Positions 16,603 through 25,832 of a stretch of DNA of 40,952 bases are shown one piece after another. The notes beneath the pieces are model-generated. The model searched no databases. It was given only the letters and a program-made list of their open reading frames with translations, and had not been told where the DNA came from. Both the position numbers and the translations under genes were made by a program. Positions within the stretch are counted from its first letter, which is position 1. Each line of letters starts with the position of its first letter. Source of the stretch: a virus (taxonomy: Duplodnaviria; Caudoviricetes); the IMG/VR virus record IMGVR_UViG_3300030397_000826, positions 1 to 40,952 of that record, one strand, 5' to 3'.

Positions 16603-17610
16603 TCACTCCTCAAACACCACCATGTCGTTCATGTCATACTCAGGAATCTCCAGGGGCTCCGGACCCCCGTACAGCCCAGGCCAGTGTCGTGAGGCCTTCG
16701 CGTCCCGATAATCGCGGACCACTCGTTTGACCCGCTCACCCCAGTCGTCGATCAGGGACCAGGGCAGGATGTTGATCACTCCGCAATCAAAGTCGTCCTG
16801 AGTCTCCGCAGCGATCACGTCGTACTCCAGGAGCTGAACCGCGTCGTCGCCTGCTGAGGCCAGCAGTAAATTGTGAAAGGCGAACTGGAAAAAATACCCC
16901 AGCCTTTTGCAGGTCCGATAGAAGGCGCGCGGGTGGACGTCGTTGGTCGTCTTGATCTCGCCTGCCCAATAGCGATCCGCGATCAGGAGGTCGATTCGGG
17001 TTTTGCAGAGCTGACCCTCGATCTCTCCGATCACTGTGACCTCGTGTTCGGCCAGCCCGAGTAGAGCCGCCGCAGGCTCACAGGCCTCGATCTCGCTCAC
17101 TGTTCGCTGAGCGTCCTTGAGCTCGTCAGCGGTGATGATGTCGCGATGCTTGTTCGCCTCTTCAAAGGCAGCCTTTGACTCTCGGTAAAACGTAGTCGAT
17201 GTGGAGTTCGTTTGTTTCTGACCGACCACGAAGGTGCCCATGTAGTCCTCAGGCATCCCTTGTTCGACGCAAAACTTCTGCCACCTTTCGCCCAGCGCGG
17301 TCAGGGACCCATCGGCCTTTGTCATTTTGGCTGGGGGCTCCTTGGTCGTTCCCTTGGTGACATTCCGGGGGTCGTTCTCGAAGGCCGGCAGGACCGCAAT
17401 CCGCTGGTCAAACTCGCCACCGATGATAGCGTGCACAGCTGCCCCTGTGGCGGTCGTTCGAGGACTGGGCGAACAGTGCCCGTCGAGCGTCCGTTTGAGC
17501 CTCTTCATCGACCTGAGGCCCGCCTTGAGCTGAGATTGTGAGGGCAGGTCGATCTCCCTGTACTTTGCCCAGGGGAGGTTGCGGTAGATCCCGGGTTTCC
17601 AGCTTCTCAT
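16603..17610 (-). CDS. RecE/ExoVIII-like PD-(D/E)XK exonuclease (DUF3799-like)
   Basis: PGIY..L...Y, SQSQLK, GAAVHA, EHEVTV, CKTRIDLL, EIKTT, GYFFQFAFH, HWPG; start ATG 17610. Confidence 0.85.
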   Translation of the reverse strand: MRSWKPGIYRNLPWAKYREIDLPSQSQLKAGLRSMKRLKRTLDGHCSPSPRTTATGAAVHAIIGGEFDQRIAVLPAFENDPRNVTKGTTKEPPAKMTKADGSLTALGERWQKFCVEQGMPEDYMGTFVVGQKQTNSTSTTFYRESKAAFEEANKHRDIITADELKDAQRTVSEIEACEPAAALLGLAEHEVTVIGEIEGQLCKTRIDLLIADRYWAGEIKTTNDVHPRAFYRTCKRLGYFFQFAFHNLLLASAGDDAVQLLEYDVIAAETQDDFDCGVINILPWSLIDDWGERVKRVVRDYRDAKASRHWPGLYGGPEPLEIPEYDMNDMVVFEE

Positions 17611-17948
17611 CGGCCACTCCAGTACTGCCAATAACCGCGGACAAACTCGACTCCAAAAATACAAGTCGCGACGGTCAGGCCAGCCACGACCGCAATACAA
17701 ATCCAGGCTGTGGGTCTAGCCCAAACCTCCGCTCGAATTCGCTTCATCTCCTCAGTGATTAGCTGAGCTGACTGGTACTTGAGCTTTTGACTTTCTGCAT
17801 TTGCCAAATTCGCCTTTGCCTGGTCGGCCCGAATCTGTAAGAGTTGCTGGCGGAGCTGCTTCTTGTCGTAGTGATCAGCTCCCTCGTAGACCTCGATAAG
17901 TTGGCTGAATTCCTGATCCAATAGTTCGGGATCTGGTTTCTTGTTCAT
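17607..17948 (-). CDS. Hypothetical coiled-coil protein with C-terminal TM helix
   Basis: AAGGAG RBS; AWICIAVVAGLTVATCIFGV. Confidence 0.7.
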   Translation of the reverse strand: MNKKPDPELLDQEFSQLIEVYEGADHYDKKQLRQQLLQIRADQAKANLANAESQKLKYQSAQLITEEMKRIRAEVWARPTAWICIAVVAGLTVATCIFGVEFVRGYWQYWSGR

Positions 17949-18853
17949 GGGTTCTCCTTGGTTAAAACGGTTGGAAGTTCTCGGACCCGCAGGTCAGCAG
18001 GCCACTCCTCAGGGTCGCCTCCCTTGCGGTGTTTCAGCTTGAGGCGCCTGTCGTAGTCGATCGAGTTTGAGCCCAGCTGCTTAACGAAGACGGGAGCGCC
18101 TGCAGCCTGGCAATCAGCGACCACCTTTCTCAGCTATTTGAGCCTGCAAGGCCGCGATCCGGGACCTGATTCGCCACCCACGATCACCCAGTCGGGCGAG
18201 TTGTCTGCCGGATCAACGATTGGCATCATGCCCCCCGGAACATCGGGGTCGCCCATGTAATCGTGGACCCACAACCACGGCTGCAAATCGACTGAACCCA
18301 CCAATGGCTCGCAGCTCAGAAACAGAACCGGAGCCAGATCTCGGCACTTGAGCAGCTCGGGGATTGCCTGAGTCGCGGTCCCCTGATCAGAGACCGAGGT
18401 GCCAAGGTGGACGTTTGGCCTGATCGCTGGACTCCTCCCGAACTCAAAGGGAGACCAATGCTCCCGAATCCGCTCTGGACGTTTCGTCAAGAGCTGAAAC
18501 GTATGCTGAGGACAGTCGTCGACCACTCTGAGGATGGCAGCGATCCATTCAGCATTAACGAACTCCCCGAACAGGTCGGTCATATCGCACAGGAACCAGA
18601 CGGTCGGAGTTCGTCTCTTCCTGATCCGCTCGAGAACCGTTTCATCAAGGAACAACTCGACCTTGTCGCGATGCTGACCGCTGCCAAACATCGGCAGCCC
18701 GAATCGTCGCTGCATCCTCGACGCGTAGCAGTTGGTGCAGCCAAGGTTGACCTTCTCGCAGTAGTGCCCGACCTTTGAGCGGTCAGCCTTGAGCCTGGCT
18801 CGGATCGGGTTCGCGCTCATCTCAGTCCATTCAATCGGTGTCTTCTGAGTCAT
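17945..18853 (-). pseudogene. DUF5131 (Gp37/Gp68-like) gene interrupted by an in-frame TAG at 18134-18136
   Basis: T.IEWT, CEKVNLGCTNCYA, DMTDLF, HTFQLLTKRPER, LSCEPL, DWVIVGGESG. After the TAG the same frame continues LRKVVADCQAAGAPVFVKQLG...KGGDPEEWPADLRVRELP to a TGA that overlaps the next ATG. Confidence 0.85.
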
Positions 18854-19029
18854 CCCCGCTCCTCCTGATCACGTTTGATCGCGTCGTAGACCTCGCGCCG
18901 ATGGACTGGGATCTCTTTCGGAGCCTCAATCCCGAGCCTGACCTTGTCGCCCCTGATTTCGACGATGCTAATCTCGACATCATCACCGACCATAACTGAA
19001 TCGAACTTCTTCCTGCTTAATACCAACAT
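18850..19029 (-). CDS. csrA: Carbon storage regulator CsrA
   Basis: MLVLSRKKFDSVMVGDDVEISIVEIRGDKVRLGIEAPKEIPVHRREVYDAI; GAGGAG RBS. Confidence 0.95.
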   Translation of the reverse strand: MLVLSRKKFDSVMVGDDVEISIVEIRGDKVRLGIEAPKEIPVHRREVYDAIKRDQEERG

Positions 19030-19106
19030 CGTGTTTCTCCTCAAAATCCAAACTCAAAACGGCTTCCATGCCCAGATCCATTGCAGCGAATTCTCGTAAC
19101 ATCCGT

Positions 19107-19334
19107 TCACTCACTCGTTCCTTGCGAGGCCTCATTCCGGCCGATCGCTGGTTGTCGGCTGATAAGAACCCCCTTTTTAGGCTCTGAGCGAACGAACAGC
19201 CGGACAGACCTCCAGGTTCGATTGCCGATGTACTCGATTTCCACGAGCGTAGTTTCGTCCGAAGGGGGGACCGTGACCACCACGCGCTCGTTCAGCTTTC
19301 TGGTGATGGTCAGTCTGGTTCGTTTCTCAGCCAT
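19107..19334 (-). CDS. Divergent CsrA-like protein
   Basis: LTITRKLNERVVV...VEIEYI...SVRLFVRSEP..GVLISR mirrors the CsrA beta-strand pattern. Confidence 0.65.
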   Translation of the reverse strand: MAEKRTRLTITRKLNERVVVTVPPSDETTLVEIEYIGNRTWRSVRLFVRSEPKKGVLISRQPAIGRNEASQGTSE

Positions 19335-19433
19335 ATCGAATCCAAAAATGAGTGCTCTTGATTCCGAGGCCTGAGGGGAGCGCCTGCAGGCCTCGTGGTC
19401 AAACGCACTCCTGCTTCGTTTAACCAGGTCGCG

Positions 19434-19691
19434 TTACAAGTCCACCTTGGCCAGCCTGATAAGTTCGCGCCAGTCACAGCGAGCGTCCTTCGTCTTGGCA
19501 ACGAAACCATTCTTGTGAGCGAATGAGATCGCCTCGTGGTCCTCCAGCCTCGAGAAGTCCACCTGCGGGTGATCATGCCTGCGATACAAAGTCAGTCCGT
19601 CCCCCCGATTGTCGATCGTGACTGTGACCGCAATCCCGACCGACCGCTGCTGACACCAGGTCTCCAGTCCTGTGAGATCGGAACCGATCAC
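19434..19691 (-). CDS. MYG1-family nuclease, C-terminal part
   Basis: DNRGDGLTLYR, VDFSRL, FAHKNGFVAKT (FxHxxGF motif); GTG start overlaps the stop of the N-terminal part. Confidence 0.7.
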   Translation of the reverse strand: MIGSDLTGLETWCQQRSVGIAVTVTIDNRGDGLTLYRRHDHPQVDFSRLEDHEAISFAHKNGFVAKTKDARCDWRELIRLAKVDL

Positions 19692-20227
19692 TCGGGCATC
19701 AACTCCCTGACCTGCTCAACGATTGAGTTCCCGATGGCCAGCATCGTTTCGTGAAAGTCGTGGTCAGGTTTTAACGTTTTGACCCGCGAAAACTTCTTTA
19801 GCAGGTACCCAGCCAAAGGGCTCGAGCAGAGCGCGATCACAGACCCGGTGTCGATCCCAAAGAAATCCGCCACGTACTTGGGGCCCTTGCTGTCGAGAAC
19901 CTCCGCCATCTCCATCCAAGGGAAGATCGCGGTCCAAGTGTTGTAGTCCCCGTACTTCATCAGGACGAGGCTGAGCGCACAGATGGGTTCCGAGTCCCGC
20001 TCGAGCTGGTGGTGATCAAAATTATTCCATTCCGGCTGAGCCCGACCTCCTTGATCGATCACCCAGTGGTCCAGGCTCAGCAGGTCGTACTCAGTATTGT
20101 CTCGACGCTCGATAATCGCGTCAGGCATCCTGGTTAGCAGGTAGCAGCAAGCCATGAACTCGTCGAAATGGGCATCGCCTGGGTGAGTGATCAGCTTTTG
20201 ATCTTTGAGGCCGATGTCGCGTGACAT
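19688..20227 (-). CDS. MYG1/UPF0160 (DHH-type) nuclease, N-terminal part
   Basis: LITHPGDAHFDE, VIDQGG, NNFDHHQ, LDSKGP; start ATG 20227 with AAAGGAG RBS. Confidence 0.8.
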   Translation of the reverse strand: MSRDIGLKDQKLITHPGDAHFDEFMACCYLLTRMPDAIIERRDNTEYDLLSLDHWVIDQGGRAQPEWNNFDHHQLERDSEPICALSLVLMKYGDYNTWTAIFPWMEMAEVLDSKGPKYVADFFGIDTGSVIALCSSPLAGYLLKKFSRVKTLKPDHDFHETMLAIGNSIVEQVRELMPE

Positions 20228-20283
20228 AAGAAATCTCCTTTCGTGGAGGCTCGGGTCTTTGCCATGCATGGGGTACCGAGCAC

Positions 20284-20317
20284 AAAAAAAGCGATCGCGG
20301 CCTGAGCCAACGATCGC
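20284..20317 (-). terminator. Rho-independent terminator after the structural operon
   Basis: GCGATCG...CGATCGC stem with inner GGC/GCC, followed by T7 on the minus strand. Confidence 0.7.
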
Positions 20318-20398
20318 GGTTTGGTTTAGTTCGAGGTCGGCAAAGACGGGTTCAATGTACCATTGCCCAGCGACTTGTCAAACCCATGCTTTCACCCG

Positions 20399-20593
20399 CT
20401 ATTTGTCGAGTAACTTCGCCCAGGGCCCCTTTGGGCACACGACGCAATGGCGGTGCTCGCGGGTTCGTTGCCGTGAGCACTCTTGGCCCGGAAACTTCCG
20501 GCAGTGGTAGAGCTGAACCATCCTGCCACGGGTCCCGCAGACATCCCCCGCTATCATTCGCGTCGGCTTTCCCTGGAATTCGCATTTGATCAT
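20399..20593 (-). CDS. Small Cys-rich protein at the end of the tail module
   Basis: MIKCEFQG...C...YHC....EC.......CVVCP; start overlaps the upstream stop. Confidence 0.6.
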   Translation of the reverse strand: MIKCEFQGKPTRMIAGDVCGTRGRMVQLYHCRKFPGQECSRQRTREHRHCVVCPKGPWAKLLDK

Positions 20594-21372
20594 CAGGACA
20601 CCCCGTGAGTAATGCTATCCCATCCGATCCTGCGTTCCGAGCCATGCGATCCGGGAAGCAGGCTGACGAGAAAAATCGGGTTGCTCGGTGTGACAGGCGG
20701 AGCCCAGGTGGTCGGCAGCGTGTACAGCTCCTCCGGGTTTCCTGCGAACTGGGAGCCAAAGGTCGTTTCGAAAGTCCCATAAGGACCTCCGGTCGCGAGG
20801 GTCTTGGTGTGCTGCAGCCGAAACTTGACCTCGGCCTGCGGGCCTGCAAAGTCGATCACTTGCGGAAATTCATGGAGAAAGATCGGGGACGCAGTGCGAT
20901 CAGTCAACTGGATCTTGTTGCCATTGGCGGGGTTTGTAAAAAAGGTAAACGTCGACAACTCGAAGATCGGCAGCGTCGATGACTGGGGCGCGAACCCCCG
21001 CAGGCATTCCGACCAGATGAAACTTGGGCACCAGAACCCACCACCATGTTCGGCCGGCCTTTGCCCCACCACGATCGCCCACCGCTGAATCAGTGACTGC
21101 CCTACATTGAGATCCTCGAGACACGCCAGGAGAGTCAGGCCCGACGCAAATCCCACACTAGAGGAGCGGGTCGGGTTGTACATGATCCCATTCCCTGCTG
21201 GGCTCTCAAGCACCGTCCAGCCAGGGAAAAGGTTAAGATTGATCCAACTGTGGGTGATGAAGTAGCCCTCGGTCGGAGTGATCAGGTCGTCGAAGTTAAA
21301 CTCGAGATTGAATGAAGGTCCTCCTGGAACCGGACAATCACTGCAGCAGCATGAAAACTCCCCGTGAGTCAT
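20593..21372 (-). CDS. Putative tail-tip/receptor-binding protein
   Basis: N-terminal CCC..C motif, aromatic beta-rich body, position in the tail module. Confidence 0.55.
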   Translation of the reverse strand: MTHGEFSCCCSDCPVPGGPSFNLEFNFDDLITPTEGYFITHSWINLNLFPGWTVLESPAGNGIMYNPTRSSSVGFASGLTLLACLEDLNVGQSLIQRWAIVVGQRPAEHGGGFWCPSFIWSECLRGFAPQSSTLPIFELSTFTFFTNPANGNKIQLTDRTASPIFLHEFPQVIDFAGPQAEVKFRLQHTKTLATGGPYGTFETTFGSQFAGNPEELYTLPTTWAPPVTPSNPIFLVSLLPGSHGSERRIGWDSITHGVS

Positions 21373-21376
21373 CGTA

Positions 21377-22084
21377 TCAGCTCACAACAAAATCTGCCGA
21401 GTCGGTTTCCCGTGTGACACCATTTGCATCAGTGCAACGAAAGACCAGAGGATAGGTCCCGTTGGTGGTCGGAGTTCCCGATACCACTCCGGTTGATGCA
21501 TCCAGCTCGAGCCCCGGAGGGATAACGCTGGCCGACCCGAACAGCGACCAGGTCACAGGGGTTCTGCCTCCGGTGTGCGTCAGAACCAAAGTGAACTCGG
21601 TCCCATTGGTCAGCGCCTGATCTCCTGGTTCGGCCACGGTCAGCTCACCTGCGACCGAGAAGGTGACATCCCCGGTAATCACTGCTGCTCCCTTCTCGTC
21701 ACTGATCAGGAACTGGACCACGGTCGAGGAGATCGCGACCGAGGGTGTCCCCAGAATCACCCCTGTGTCCTCAACTACGGCGATCCCCGTTGGAAGAGCC
21801 CCTTTGTACAGCTCGAATGAGTATGGGGGCTGTCCGCCAGTGACCGAGATCGCCAGCGGTGGCATCGCATTTGAGATGCGGAGGTACTGGTCGTCCGGGT
21901 CAGTCACAGACATCGCTCCGGTCACCTGAGGTGCGGATGCGAGCCCGATCTCTTGGGCTCCCGAACCCTGAGACCCGATCACATCTCCTTCAACCCGGAC
22001 TGGCACCTCGTCCCCAACTGTGACCGTGACTGGCACCTTTTGGGAGACATCGACCTTTCCGGGAACTGTGATCGTCGTTGGCAT
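21377..22084 (-). CDS. Putative Ig-domain (He_PIG-like) virion protein, two repeats
   Basis: TGGQPPYSF...GALPTGI...TGVILGTP and TGGRTPVTWS...IPPGLELDASTGVVSGTPTTNGTY. Confidence 0.85.
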   Translation of the reverse strand: MPTTITVPGKVDVSQKVPVTVTVGDEVPVRVEGDVIGSQGSGAQEIGLASAPQVTGAMSVTDPDDQYLRISNAMPPLAISVTGGQPPYSFELYKGALPTGIAVVEDTGVILGTPSVAISSTVVQFLISDEKGAAVITGDVTFSVAGELTVAEPGDQALTNGTEFTLVLTHTGGRTPVTWSLFGSASVIPPGLELDASTGVVSGTPTTNGTYPLVFRCTDANGVTRETDSADFVVS

Positions 22085-22491
22085 TATGGTTTGGCGACCC
22101 CTCCAGCCTGGATGTTCAGCTGCAGCAGGGAGGTGCTAATCGCAATTCCAAGCACGGTCGGGAAGTGACCTGACCCCAAATCGGACTCGGGTGCGATTCC
22201 CCCAGCGGTCGCACTCACGACGTACACCTCGCCCACGACCAATGTGGCTCCGAGGTCGATCTGTCCACTCTTCTGAATCAGGGCTGGCTGCCCATCCACA
22301 TTGGGAGTGACAAAGATCCCGACTGCCTCAGCCTCAGCCTCAGTGCTGGCATCGGCTTTGTAGTGCTCATTGTCAGCAGACTTTTTGTAAGCTGGCTGAC
22401 CCTGAGTGACCGTTTCTCCACAGGTCACAGCCTCAACGACTGCCCCTGCCCCAATTTTGACGTTTGCTGCGGTTTGTGTTAAATCAGCCAT
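22084..22491 (-). CDS. Virion structural protein (capsid-fibre/cement-like)
   Basis: GETVTQGQPAY, YKADA, AVGI, GATLVVGEVYVVSATAGGIAP, VLGIA; start ATG 22491. Confidence 0.65.
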   Translation of the reverse strand: MADLTQTAANVKIGAGAVVEAVTCGETVTQGQPAYKKSADNEHYKADASTEAEAEAVGIFVTPNVDGQPALIQKSGQIDLGATLVVGEVYVVSATAGGIAPESDLGSGHFPTVLGIAISTSLLQLNIQAGGVAKP

Positions 22492-22506
22492 CTCGATCTC
22501 CAAAAG

Positions 22507-23337
22507 TTAAGTATCATTGCAATCGTCTGCGAGTGACCAGAACACACCAAACCTATCCATTTGAGCCCAGCCCAGCCTCTCGCCGTTGCTTGAGACCACT
22601 TTCGTCAGCCAGCTCCAGACCTGGAATGTCATCGGTGTCCCGGTTGGGCCTATCAGCTCCTCGATCGCGTTTGCGGCCCGGTTCAGCCGCATCGCGTTGA
22701 CAGTGACTGGCCCCCCCGGAGTCGTCCCGACCCGCGCTGGGATTCCTCCGCTGGGAGCCTTGAACAAGATCGGCAGGTTCCCGGTATCGATCACTCTACC
22801 GAGCACCATTCCGTCAGTCGATCCCAGAGTTGCTGCAAAGAGTCGCCCGATAACCTCGACCGCAGCATCATGGTTCTTGGCATCATCGCCCCCCGAGCGG
22901 ATGCCGGCAATCGCCCACGAGTCCTTGACGGGGCCCCAGATGGTTCCTGGAACCGGATTGCCAGGGCTCAGGTTTTCATTTCGGGCCACGACGATGTTGT
23001 CCGTCTGGTACTGCCCCGTTTTGCCGATCGCGATCTCGGTCCCTCCGTTGAACAGGAAGGGTCCGCCAGTCCCATCGGGTTTGATCACCAAGGCGAGCGG
23101 GTACTTCAAAAAGACGTTGTTGGTTTGATACGAGATCCCGGTCTGCTCGAGCTTCATGCAGGCATAAGGGGGGATGGCCTCCCCCGACACATTCTCGAAT
23201 GCATGCGTCCGGACCTCTGCCGAAACGTCCTGCGGAGATGGCATGTAAGGCCGGCCGCGGAATGCCCGATAGTTGTTCCTGATCTCATACAGATCAGAAG
23301 ATGTTCGCGGGCCAAATTGACGAAGACCAGTGCTCAT
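22507..23337 (-). CDS. Putative tail/baseplate protein
   Basis: NVSGEAIPPYACM, FLFNG, FKAPSGGIPARVGTTPG; start ATG 23337 overlaps the upstream stop. Confidence 0.6.
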   Translation of the reverse strand: MSTGLRQFGPRTSSDLYEIRNNYRAFRGRPYMPSPQDVSAEVRTHAFENVSGEAIPPYACMKLEQTGISYQTNNVFLKYPLALVIKPDGTGGPFLFNGGTEIAIGKTGQYQTDNIVVARNENLSPGNPVPGTIWGPVKDSWAIAGIRSGGDDAKNHDAAVEVIGRLFAATLGSTDGMVLGRVIDTGNLPILFKAPSGGIPARVGTTPGGPVTVNAMRLNRAANAIEELIGPTGTPMTFQVWSWLTKVVSSNGERLGWAQMDRFGVFWSLADDCNDT

Positions 23338-24233
23338 AACAGCCCCATCGATGCGAAGGCGACCGAATCGTACACCCGCCACTCTTTCCATTGCGCAGGG
23401 GAGCCTTCAGGAAGTCGCTGCCCATTGGCGTTGAGGGGGACTGGGCTCGTAACCGATTTTCCGGCTCCATCACCCGCGCGAACGATGATGGGATCCCCGG
23501 ACTGGGTCACACCAGGCACTCGCTCGTAGAACCCCTGCCGCATAATTCGCTTATACCACGCCTTGTCGACGGTCGTTTTAAATGGCTTGCGACATTGAAT
23601 CTTGACCGTCAGAGCCCAGAAGGTGGCTCCCTGAGCCTTCTGCAGGACTGCGGAGATATGGTCGATCCTCAGGGTACCAATGGGAAACCCGAGAAAGGTG
23701 TCAGAGTTGACCCGATCAATGTATCCGTAAAAGGAGACGGGATTGAAATCGACGATGTTCTTTTCAAAGATTCCCACCAGGTCCGAAACCTGTCGGGTCA
23801 CTCCCAGGATCGGCTCCTCGGTTCCGTCCTGACGCAGCGGATTGCCATCAGCATCTTCGTCGATCTCTTCCTCGCTGCGGATGGTGTCCCAGGTGATTTT
23901 TACCGGCAGCTCGGTCGGTCCTCCAGTCTCATCTTGTGGGATCGGGATGGATTTGTAGGTGCAAACGGCCTCGTAGAGCAAAACGGAAACTCGGTCGACC
24001 TGGACATCGTCACAACGCAGCGATGGGTTTCGCGGGTGAGGGTCGTCCTCCTTGGGCAGCCCATTGATTCCCGTGGCCCCAGCAAGCACGGTTTCGGTAT
24101 CGTCGTCCGTCCCTTCGTCCAATGTGATCGTGAAGGATCGGGTGGCTCGAAAGGTAACGTAGCCATCGTCCACGATCGTCTTTCCGGACGAGGCAGGCTC
24201 GACCTTTTCGACCACTTCAAACGTAGATGCCAT
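23334..24233 (-). CDS. Distal tail/hub-position protein
   Basis: Immediately after the tape measure; LP..DDPHP, VNSDTFLGFPIGTL, PVPLNANG motifs. Confidence 0.65.
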   Translation of the reverse strand: MASTFEVVEKVEPASSGKTIVDDGYVTFRATRSFTITLDEGTDDDTETVLAGATGINGLPKEDDPHPRNPSLRCDDVQVDRVSVLLYEAVCTYKSIPIPQDETGGPTELPVKITWDTIRSEEEIDEDADGNPLRQDGTEEPILGVTRQVSDLVGIFEKNIVDFNPVSFYGYIDRVNSDTFLGFPIGTLRIDHISAVLQKAQGATFWALTVKIQCRKPFKTTVDKAWYKRIMRQGFYERVPGVTQSGDPIIVRAGDGAGKSVTSPVPLNANGQRLPEGSPAQWKEWRVYDSVAFASMGLL

Positions 24234-24234
24234 G

Positions 24235-25515
24235 TCACGGACCTATTTGCTGAATTTGGAGATTGATGTCGCGCCTTCGCTTCAACACCTTGGCGAGGTC
24301 CTTGAGCACATCCAGCTGATCCTTCGTCAATTGCTCGGTTTTCTGGACCGCTGAAACGATCTTCATCTGCGGAGAGGTGGTTTGACCCGAAAGCAATCGC
24401 GAATCTCTGCCAGTCAGACCTGGTGCCGACTGATCAGCCTCGGGCTCTGGCTTGCGTCGGATATCATCGAGTACTCGCTGAGCCTTGACGAGGGCCTCGA
24501 TGTCGTTTGGAAGAAATCCCTGGAGCTGAAACCCCAGCCTGCGCGCTGCGTCCTTTCCATGAATCAGCTCGGTTACCTGCAGTCGGAGCTGGTCCGTGGT
24601 CCGAATGGTGGCTTGGTGTATTGCGTCCTGCTGAGCCTTCACTCGGGCTGCAGCTGCCTCGCCGGCAGCCAGAGCGGCCTTGCGATCAGCCTGGGCCTGG
24701 GCCTGCATCCGACGCAGGGTTTCGGCTGCCTGTTGGTTTACTCGCAGCAGTCGCTCGGCCTCCTGGACCCGCTCTCGCTCCTGCTGGAGCAGTTTGGCAT
24801 GCACGCTGGTTTCGTCCTGAAGCAGCTCGACTTGCTTTCTGAGCTGATCCCGGACCTCCTTGTTGACCTTTAGATCCCGCTCAGCCTGGTCCCTGAGCGC
24901 TGCTCTCCCCTCGATCGCGTCAAGCATGAATCCCAGCAGGCTGTCCGCTGTGCGGGCTTCATCGCGAGTAATTTTGTCACTGACGTCGGAGAGTTCGTTT
25001 CGCTTTTTGATCAGCAGCTCCGTGAGTTCGACCTCGCGATCCCCGCGTAGATCGATCAGGGCCAGCTCCCTATCAAATCGCTTTTGGTGGAGTTGCAGCT
25101 GAAACTCAGTAAGACGATCGAACTCGGTTTTGGCCTTCTCCAGTTCCTCCCGCCATCGTTTCGTATCAAACACCAGGTCGCCGAGAGCCCGACCCACCTG
25201 AAACGAGATCACCCCCACCGCTCCAATCAACCCAGCCTTAAAAAACAGGGCTGCCTTCCCACCTTCCTTTGCTACGTCAGAGAAGGCCGAAACGCGCTCC
25301 GTGATCTGAGCCAGCATCGCTGCTCCCTGGCCAAGTTCCCCACCTCCCAATGTTGAGGCCAGCGTGCCCACTAGCTCCGTCGAGGCCTTCGCTTTGCCTC
25401 CCAGCTCCTTGACTGCTCCCACCTGCTGCTGGATGTCTTTGGTCGTTTTTCGCACCTGCGCGGTGGCTCGGTCCTCTGCGTCGATGATGATGTCGATGGT
25501 TTCGTCAGTCGCCAT
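24235..25515 (-). CDS. Tape measure protein (short, 426 aa)
   Basis: IDIIIDAEDRAT start, Ala/Gly-rich then coiled-coil; follows the chaperone pair. Confidence 0.8.
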   Translation of the reverse strand: MATDETIDIIIDAEDRATAQVRKTTKDIQQQVGAVKELGGKAKASTELVGTLASTLGGGELGQGAAMLAQITERVSAFSDVAKEGGKAALFFKAGLIGAVGVISFQVGRALGDLVFDTKRWREELEKAKTEFDRLTEFQLQLHQKRFDRELALIDLRGDREVELTELLIKKRNELSDVSDKITRDEARTADSLLGFMLDAIEGRAALRDQAERDLKVNKEVRDQLRKQVELLQDETSVHAKLLQQERERVQEAERLLRVNQQAAETLRRMQAQAQADRKAALAAGEAAAARVKAQQDAIHQATIRTTDQLRLQVTELIHGKDAARRLGFQLQGFLPNDIEALVKAQRVLDDIRRKPEPEADQSAPGLTGRDSRLLSGQTTSPQMKIVSAVQKTEQLTKDQLDVLKDLAKVLKRRRDINLQIQQIGP

Positions 25516-25832
25516 TGGGAGCCTCCAGGCGGGTACAGTCGCCGGTAAAGAATTCGGCTGCGTCCAGGAACCAGCTCGCCTGATCGAGCACCCCTCCCAG
25601 GATCGGCATCGCCCCCTTGTTGAACAGGTTGATTATGCGGACCACTGGTACCATCTCCCCGCAGTAGCGATTGGGACAGCCGTTGATTTCAAACGATCCG
25701 TCTGGGCAGTGCTCACACCCACGACCTTCACAGATCGGGCAGTCGACGATGTTCCCGGTCTTGTCTCGACATTCATTGGTGCAGGCTCGGCAAAGTTTTC
25801 TATGGCGGATCAGGGCTGCGACTCGGAGCTTT
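25505..25832 (-). CDS. gpT-like -1 frame of the tail assembly chaperone (no start codon at its 5' end)
   Basis: Open -1 frame KLRVAALIRHRKLCRACTNEC...CPICEGRGCEHC...GCPNRYC...MPILGGVLDQASWFLDA...NGD* begins at the A9 run (25830-25838). Confidence 0.8.

Noticed and set aside
18134-18136. Genome-wide TAG reassignment
   Set aside because: TAG ends the capsid gene at its natural C-terminus (29364), other long genes have no internal TAG, and no CUA-anticodon tRNA is present.
19340-19415. Long hairpin (CGAGGCCTG/CAGGCCTCG with outer GAGTGC/GCACTC) as a CsrB-like sRNA
   Set aside because: There is no series of GGA-loop hairpins on the sense strand; it is more simply a terminator or processing stem.
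20593-21372. Diversity-generating retroelement target in the tail-tip gene
   Set aside because: No reverse transcriptase and no template/variable repeat pair differing at adenines were seen.
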